From positions 704-64,703 of the forward strand of contig JAHFFW010000003.1 of the NCBI GenBank assembly GCA_023247725.1: a stretch of 64,000 bases of DNA. Reading direction: 5' to 3'. A program made the translations under genes and the position numbers. Shown in pieces: positions 59,263-64,000 of this stretch (position 1 is its first letter; every line of letters starts with the position of its first letter). Under the pieces are notes generated by a model. That model worked only from the letters and a program-made list of their open reading frames with translations, made no database searches and had not been told where the DNA came from. The stretch is from Candidatus Omnitrophota bacterium. Lineage in GTDB: Bacteria > Omnitrophota > Gorgyraeia > Zapsychrales > JAHFFX01.

Positions 59263-59685
59263 ATGAAAGATTTTATCCATCGCCTTAACCACTGGCAACC
59301 GGCCTTCTTTTTTGCTTTAGCCTTCCATTTGGGCCTTACTCATCTTTTTGGTTTTCAGCTGAAACATACCGATTCTCGAGTCTTGCCCGAGCTCATTTTT
59401 CTTGGTTCAATTCTTCAGAGGCAGGATTTTTCCGTCGGGAAAAAGGCCGCAAAAGTCAAGGTGATGCCTTACGAACAGGAAACTATTGCGCTACCTGACG
59501 GCAGAGAAGATCGAATGATAGACTCGGGGACTCTAGAAAAGCCTCTCTCGGTCCCTGCGCCGCCAACCGCCAAAGTCTGCATCAAAACTTCGTTTGTGCA
59601 AACACCCCCCCAGATTCAGGAACCAAAAGTTTTAGGCATACCAGAGGCTGTTCCCTATTTGCCTTTGAGGCAACGCAAGCCATGA
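59263..59685 (+). CDS. TonB/TolA-like membrane-anchored Pro-rich protein, lacking a recognisable TonB C-terminal domain
   Basis: N-terminal TM helix and a Pro-rich stretch (PAPPTAKV...TPPQIQEP). The call rests on its position after exbBD. Confidence 0.4.
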   Translation: MKDFIHRLNHWQPAFFFALAFHLGLTHLFGFQLKHTDSRVLPELIFLGSILQRQDFSVGKKAAKVKVMPYEQETIALPDGREDRMIDSGTLEKPLSVPAPPTAKVCIKTSFVQTPPQIQEPKVLGIPEAVPYLPLRQRKP

Positions 59686-60251
59686 TCACCCTCAATTTAT
59701 CCTGGGCCATTGGCATTTATATTTCTTTTGTTCTCATCCTTGTTTTGTCCATGTGGATATTTTACAATTGTTCCAGAGAAGAGGAGCCATTCCAAAAATC
59801 AGAATTTCTTGTGCATTGTCCTTACTGCACGCATTTATTTTTTGAATATTTGGATTCAGATCATTTAATCTGCCCGCTGTGCCGAAGTTATTTGATAAAG
59901 GAAAAGGGAACAAATCGCATGGGACTGAAAAAATTAAGAAATGAACAAGGCGTCATCCTGGTCACGGTGCTCATGGTGACAACCCTCATGATGATCTTCG
60001 TGATTGGCATTATCAGCATCAATGTCGGACAGGTTCTAACCGGCCAAAAACAGATTGATCGGATCAAATCCGAGGCCATAGCCATGGCCGCCCAATTAAG
60101 GATGCTGGATAAACTCAACAACGCTGACGAAACACCCACCACGGTAACCCAATCGCTCGATGGCAAAAATTTTTCAGCGACCTCCACTCCCGCCGCCCTG
60201 AACTCAGGACTGGATGATACCCGCAGCTTAAGCACGGTCATTACTTATTGA
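59682..60251 (+). CDS. Composite ORF: membrane-anchored CxxC...CxxC zinc-ribbon region followed by a pseudopilin/GspK-like hydrophobic N-terminal segment
   Basis: HCPYC...CPLC in the first 80 aa; an internal MGLKKLRNEQGVILVTVLMVTTLMMIFVIGI resembles the N termini of minor pseudopilins. May be two genes. Confidence 0.35.
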   Translation: MITLNLSWAIGIYISFVLILVLSMWIFYNCSREEEPFQKSEFLVHCPYCTHLFFEYLDSDHLICPLCRSYLIKEKGTNRMGLKKLRNEQGVILVTVLMVTTLMMIFVIGIISINVGQVLTGQKQIDRIKSEAIAMAAQLRMLDKLNNADETPTTVTQSLDGKNFSATSTPAALNSGLDDTRSLSTVITY

Positions 60252-60453
60252 ATCCTCTGGAATTTTTTCAAAATTTTCTCTTCTCACCCGGAAATATTTG
60301 AAATCCCCGTTGACAAACATTACCCCGTATAGTGTAATTAACTTATAAAATTACTATTTATTAAAATGAACAGCAAACAGTCATGCGGCATTTGGCGCTT
60401 TCATCTACGCGAAGTCGACCAATGGCTTAAATCCCATTCCCAAAGAGCAAGCT

Positions 60454-62022
60454 ATGCCCGTCAATAGCCGTCTGGGGGTTTATTTAGGAACCTACTCCAT
60501 CACCCTCGTCGAAACGGAAAATCAATCCCCTGCCAAAGTTTTTTTTGTCCCCCATGAACCAACGGAAGCGGCTGATCCGACTCTACCTAAGGATACCTTG
60601 CCGGACACCAAAGCGGTCGCCACCCTCCAAAAGGCCCTGGCCGACGAGAAAATTACAACTACGGAAGTCGGCTTTTCGGTTCCCACCAAAGATATTGTTT
60701 TCCGTTCCTTTGTCATTCCCTGGGTGCATGCCAGCGAAATCAAGAATGTCATTGAATTTGAAGCGCGAAAGTATATTCCTTTCAAGCTTGAGGAAGTCAC
60801 GTACACCTTTCATTCCTCCGTATTCAATGATAAGGCTGTCCGCAAAATTCGGATTTTGCTCGTTGCTGTCCGTAATGACCGATTAAAAAAATACCGGCAA
60901 ATTTTTGAGCAGGCTGGGCTAAAAGTCAATTATATTGAGCCGGCGCCCATGAGTCTGCTGCGGGCCTTGATCTTTCGCGGCAAAATTCCTTTAGACCAAA
61001 AGATAGCGGTCGTCACCACAACGAGCAAGCAAGGCAAGATTGTTATCCTCGACCAGGGGGTTCCTCAATTTATCCGCGATTTTAAATTAGTGCCAGCGAA
61101 TCCAGCCCAAACGGATCATAATCCGGAGTTGTTTCATGCCCGCCTATTCAATGAAATCCGGATTTCACTGGATTATTATAGCCGCCAATACAACCAGGAA
61201 AAAATCTCCAGCATTCTGACCTTGAGTGAAAAGGCCTCCCCCGAACTCGCCCAAACGATCGGCAATGACCTGGGAATTCCCCTTACCTCGCTGAGCGCCA
61301 ATAGCATCCTCGGACTCAGTGAGGTTCATGATATTGATGTGGTCAACGCCTTTGGTATTGGCCTTAAAGATTCGGTCTCCATGCCGGTTAATTTTGATCT
61401 GACTCAAAAAGCGACGAAGGCGCAAAAAGCCGAATTTAAATTTCAACTGACTCAAGAAAATATTATCGAGATCGCCAAAGCAGGAGCGCTGTGTATAGGA
61501 ATCGTTGCTTTGGCCTTCGTCGGATCTTTCTTTGCGGTCATGAACTCGAAGAAAAAACTGGACACTCTTGCCGCTCAGCTGGGCGCAAGCAAAGATTTTG
61601 AGATCGAAACCCTGGAGGCCAAATCGAAGGATATACAAAACAAATTACAAGCCTACAAAGATATAAAGGCCACGAGCAATGTAGCCTTTTTCTTGACCAA
61701 GATTCCAACGCTTTTGCCAAAAGGGATTTGGTTGAAAGATATCGAAATCCGGTATGTAGAGACAACCCTCAAACCGGAATCCGCAACCAGCGGCTCAACC
61801 AAGGAGCCGGATCGAGTGGTCACAAAAGTGGAATTGTCGTTAAGCGGTTTTGTCTATGAAGTGTCAACAAACCAACAAATTCGTCTGGTTAACAATTTTC
61901 TGGTCACTTTGAAAAACAATAAACTAGTGACCGATATTTTTTCAAATATCAATTTGGATTCGGCCAATACTCAGCCGATGGGCCAACACAACGTGACCTT
62001 TTTTAAAATCGCCTTCAAATAA
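60454..62022 (+). CDS. pilM: Type IV pilus assembly PilM-PilN fusion protein
   Basis: Actin-like PilM N-terminal region (LGVYLGTYSITLVE, YIPFKLEEV), then a TM helix (AGALCIGIVALAFVGSFFAV) and a PilN-like coiled-coil/periplasmic domain. Confidence 0.75.
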   Translation: MPVNSRLGVYLGTYSITLVETENQSPAKVFFVPHEPTEAADPTLPKDTLPDTKAVATLQKALADEKITTTEVGFSVPTKDIVFRSFVIPWVHASEIKNVIEFEARKYIPFKLEEVTYTFHSSVFNDKAVRKIRILLVAVRNDRLKKYRQIFEQAGLKVNYIEPAPMSLLRALIFRGKIPLDQKIAVVTTTSKQGKIVILDQGVPQFIRDFKLVPANPAQTDHNPELFHARLFNEIRISLDYYSRQYNQEKISSILTLSEKASPELAQTIGNDLGIPLTSLSANSILGLSEVHDIDVVNAFGIGLKDSVSMPVNFDLTQKATKAQKAEFKFQLTQENIIEIAKAGALCIGIVALAFVGSFFAVMNSKKKLDTLAAQLGASKDFEIETLEAKSKDIQNKLQAYKDIKATSNVAFFLTKIPTLLPKGIWLKDIEIRYVETTLKPESATSGSTKEPDRVVTKVELSLSGFVYEVSTNQQIRLVNNFLVTLKNNKLVTDIFSNINLDSANTQPMGQHNVTFFKIAFK

Positions 62023-62634
62023 ATGATGAAACTTTCCGATTTGAATAAAATTGACATTAAAGATCTGCAAAAAATTGATTTTGCAAAAATCCAAGAAAAC
62101 CTTCTACAAAAACCACTTCTTTTAATTAAAACCTTGCTCATCGTTATTTCGCTTTTAGTGACCATCAAGGTAATGGCCAATAGCCTGGCCCAAGTCAGTC
62201 AGATAAAAAACAAGATTGCCGATGCTGAAAAAAAGCTCAGCTCCATTAAAGAGAAAGAGGATGCAACCAAAGAACTAAAGATCTTTCTTGATTCCAGGAA
62301 ACCCGGTCTGTCGGCGGATACGATCGTTGACAACATTGCTGATTTTGCCGCAGCCCGAAACATCCAAATTTTATCGTTCACGCCGGCAAAGGAAGTAAAC
62401 AAAACAGTATATACTTTAACTAGTTTGAATCTTAATGTTTCTGCGGTCGACTACAAAACGATGATTCAGTTTATCCACGATATCGAGTCCGCCCCTTATG
62501 CATTAAAGGTGGTTCATTGGACGGGATTAATGGGGGCCGACACAGCCTCATCCACTGCGGCAGAAAAATCGGACAATCAATCTCGACCGATCATAGCGCA
62601 AATTGAAATCAACTCCGTCAATTATATTAAATGA
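62023..62634 (+). CDS. pilO: PilO-like pilus assembly protein
   Basis: N-terminal TM helix, a coiled coil and a C-terminal ferredoxin-like domain; position after pilMN. Confidence 0.6.
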   Translation: MMKLSDLNKIDIKDLQKIDFAKIQENLLQKPLLLIKTLLIVISLLVTIKVMANSLAQVSQIKNKIADAEKKLSSIKEKEDATKELKIFLDSRKPGLSADTIVDNIADFAAARNIQILSFTPAKEVNKTVYTLTSLNLNVSAVDYKTMIQFIHDIESAPYALKVVHWTGLMGADTASSTAAEKSDNQSRPIIAQIEINSVNYIK

Positions 62635-62639
62635 ATCTT

Positions 62640-62900
62640 CTTTCATTCAGCCCTAAAATACTTTTTTTACGTAAATACAATGCTTGCCATAGCGCAGCGA
62701 AGCCGCAACCAAAAGGAATTTGGGTACGGTTATTGGTTACGAAACCCGTTTCGGGTTTCGGTTATGTCTATCGGCATTTTAAAACCGTTGCCGATGGACG
62801 AATACCGATACGGGCATCGTTACCGATCAACGACAAACGTAAAACTTTGCTAAAAAAACAAAATTTTACACATTTGCAATACAGTTCCCAATTCATCATT
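62640..62900 (+). promoter_or_regulatory. Structured 265-bp non-coding gap inside the pil cluster
   Basis: Palindromes tttacgtaaa and aaacccg-tttc-gggttt; three CCGAT / two TACCGAT direct repeats. Confidence 0.3.
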
Positions 62901-62903
62901 CCT

Positions 62904-63446
62904 TTGCGCGCTGGGCAAAAGATCCCGCATATCATTGCCGCATGGTTTTTCATCCATCTTTGCTGTCTTTGCCTGATCGAGTTGGTTTGGGCCCAGACGA
63001 CAACGCCTGCCGCAAATAGTGAATCAACCGGGAAGGCCAGTTCCGATTCAACCATCAGCAACCCGGAAGACTTCGTTCTCACTAATGAAGAAATTGAAGC
63101 GGTGCCCAATCCCTTTCTTGATCAATTACCGCCGGAGCCGGGAAAAGATGTGGTAACGAAAGGGCCGCCACCAACGCCCTTGCCTGAACTGACTAAAGAA
63201 AATCCCACGACCGTATCCAAACCGCCGCCGACCGTCTCCGCGGAGACTAAACCGATGGAAATGGTTGTTCCCAACTTTACCATCAACGGCTTGGTATGGG
63301 ATACAGACCGCCCTCAGGCGATTGTGAACAATAATGTGGTCGGGATAGGAGACGAGGTGGAACATTTTTTAATCACCAACATTACATCTGCAGGTATTGA
63401 TGTGATCTCCCAAGGCCGTCAATACCGGGTTCTGTACAAATACTGA
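62904..63446 (+). CDS. pilP: PilP-like secreted pilus assembly protein (TTG start inferred)
   Basis: Signal peptide RAGQKIPHIIAAWFFIHLCCLCLIELVWA, a Pro/Thr-rich linker and a C-terminal beta domain (FTINGLVWDTDRPQAIVNNNVVGIGDEV) like PilP. Confidence 0.5.
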   Translation: MRAGQKIPHIIAAWFFIHLCCLCLIELVWAQTTTPAANSESTGKASSDSTISNPEDFVLTNEEIEAVPNPFLDQLPPEPGKDVVTKGPPPTPLPELTKENPTTVSKPPPTVSAETKPMEMVVPNFTINGLVWDTDRPQAIVNNNVVGIGDEVEHFLITNITSAGIDVISQGRQYRVLYKY

Positions 63447-63473
63447 AACAATTGGTTTAACCAAGGGGATCCC

Positions 63474-64000
63474 ATGAAAAAAACCATAGGTTATGTCTTG
63501 GTAATCGGTATTTGGATTGGAGGATCAGGTGGGCTGGCGCAAGGTGCCAATGTGCCGGTTGCCTCTGATCCCGCCAGCCATTTTATCTATCCGGAGTATT
63601 CAAAAACAATCTCGATGGATTTCAAGGATGCGGCCCTCATCGATGTCTTGAAAATCCTTTCGCAACAGTCGGGATTAAATTTTGTCGGCTCTCAAGAAGT
63701 GGCCAATCGCCGGATCACGCTTTTTTTAAACAATGTTCCCGTTGAGGAAGCCTTAGAACGAATCCTATCGGCCAATGGACTCATGTATGAATTGGAATCA
63801 GGAAGCGGTATTTTTATTGTTAAACCGAATGATAAGCCCACCAAGAATACCATCACCCGAGTTTACCGTCTAAAACACGCTTCGGTATCTAATTCAAAAA
63901 TTAATAAAACCCTCAATATTTCCGGCAATAGCGGCAGTTCTTCTGGCAGCACCGCCGCAGGAGCTGGAGCAGGCAGCCCGTCGGGGGGACTCATATCCGC
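63474..64000 (+). CDS. pilQ: Type IV pilus secretin PilQ (GspD family), 3'-truncated by window end
   Basis: Signal peptide then a secretin N-domain motif DFKDAALIDVLKILSQQSGLNFV. Confidence 0.8.
   Translation, partial: MKKTIGYVLVIGIWIGGSGGLAQGANVPVASDPASHFIYPEYSKTISMDFKDAALIDVLKILSQQSGLNFVGSQEVANRRITLFLNNVPVEEALERILSANGLMYELESGSGIFIVKPNDKPTKNTITRVYRLKHASVSNSKINKTLNISGNSGSSSGSTAAGAGAGSPSGGLIS

Noticed and set aside
59682-59918. Splitting 59682..60251 into two separate genes (zinc-ribbon protein and pseudopilin)
   Set aside because: There is no in-frame stop between the two parts. Kept as one composite ORF with low confidence, but a two-gene model with the internal ATG at 59919 cannot be excluded.
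1-64000. CRISPR arrays, rRNA, tRNA, tmRNA, RNase P
   Set aside because: No regularly spaced direct repeats and no recognisable structured-RNA gene signatures were found by eye. The only repeats are the palindromic families A and B.

Overview
This 64-kb window is a bacterial chromosome of moderate GC (about 45% by eye), probably from an uncultivated lineage. It contains almost only core anabolic operons, mostly on the + strand. In order: the 3' two-thirds of metH, nadA, metX-metW, an LhgO-like FAD oxidoreductase, nfu-PCD-rrf2-sufBCDSU, and moaA. A minus-strand block holds murB, a small ORF, moaE, a 2Fe-2S ferredoxin and ispH. ispG is followed by an eight-gene operon of uncharacterised envelope proteins. 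Next come a convergent frameshifted bcp, a glyoxalase and hisK, then folE-SDR-folB, fabG-acpP-fabF, a leuB-like dehydrogenase, asd, truA and rplM-rpsI. The arginine and lysine genes run argCJBDF-(two unknown genes)-argGH-lysA-dapF-dapA, then dapB inside a small toxin-antitoxin island, then dapL-folK-panC-nadX. After these come a small basic protein with an internal tandem duplication, uvrA, an 840-aa TPR protein, exbB-exbD-tonB-like genes and a type IV pilus assembly cluster ending in a secretin cut by the window end. The PilM/PilN fusion is the part of that cluster called with most confidence. I found no rRNA, tRNA or CRISPR array. Accessory content: HepT/MntA and HicAB modules bracket an intact dapB together with decayed copies of dapB's own 5' and 3' ends; two families of short palindromic intergenic repeats, one forming a MITE/IVS-like element that carries a truncated four-helix-bundle (Avd / 23S-IVS-protein-like) ORF; and two unknown genes embedded in the arg operon. 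The most novel candidates are the dapB TA island, the eight-gene envelope operon, the Exb/pilus hybrid cluster and the two repeat families. All calls rest on reading the translations and on motif recall. No database search was run.
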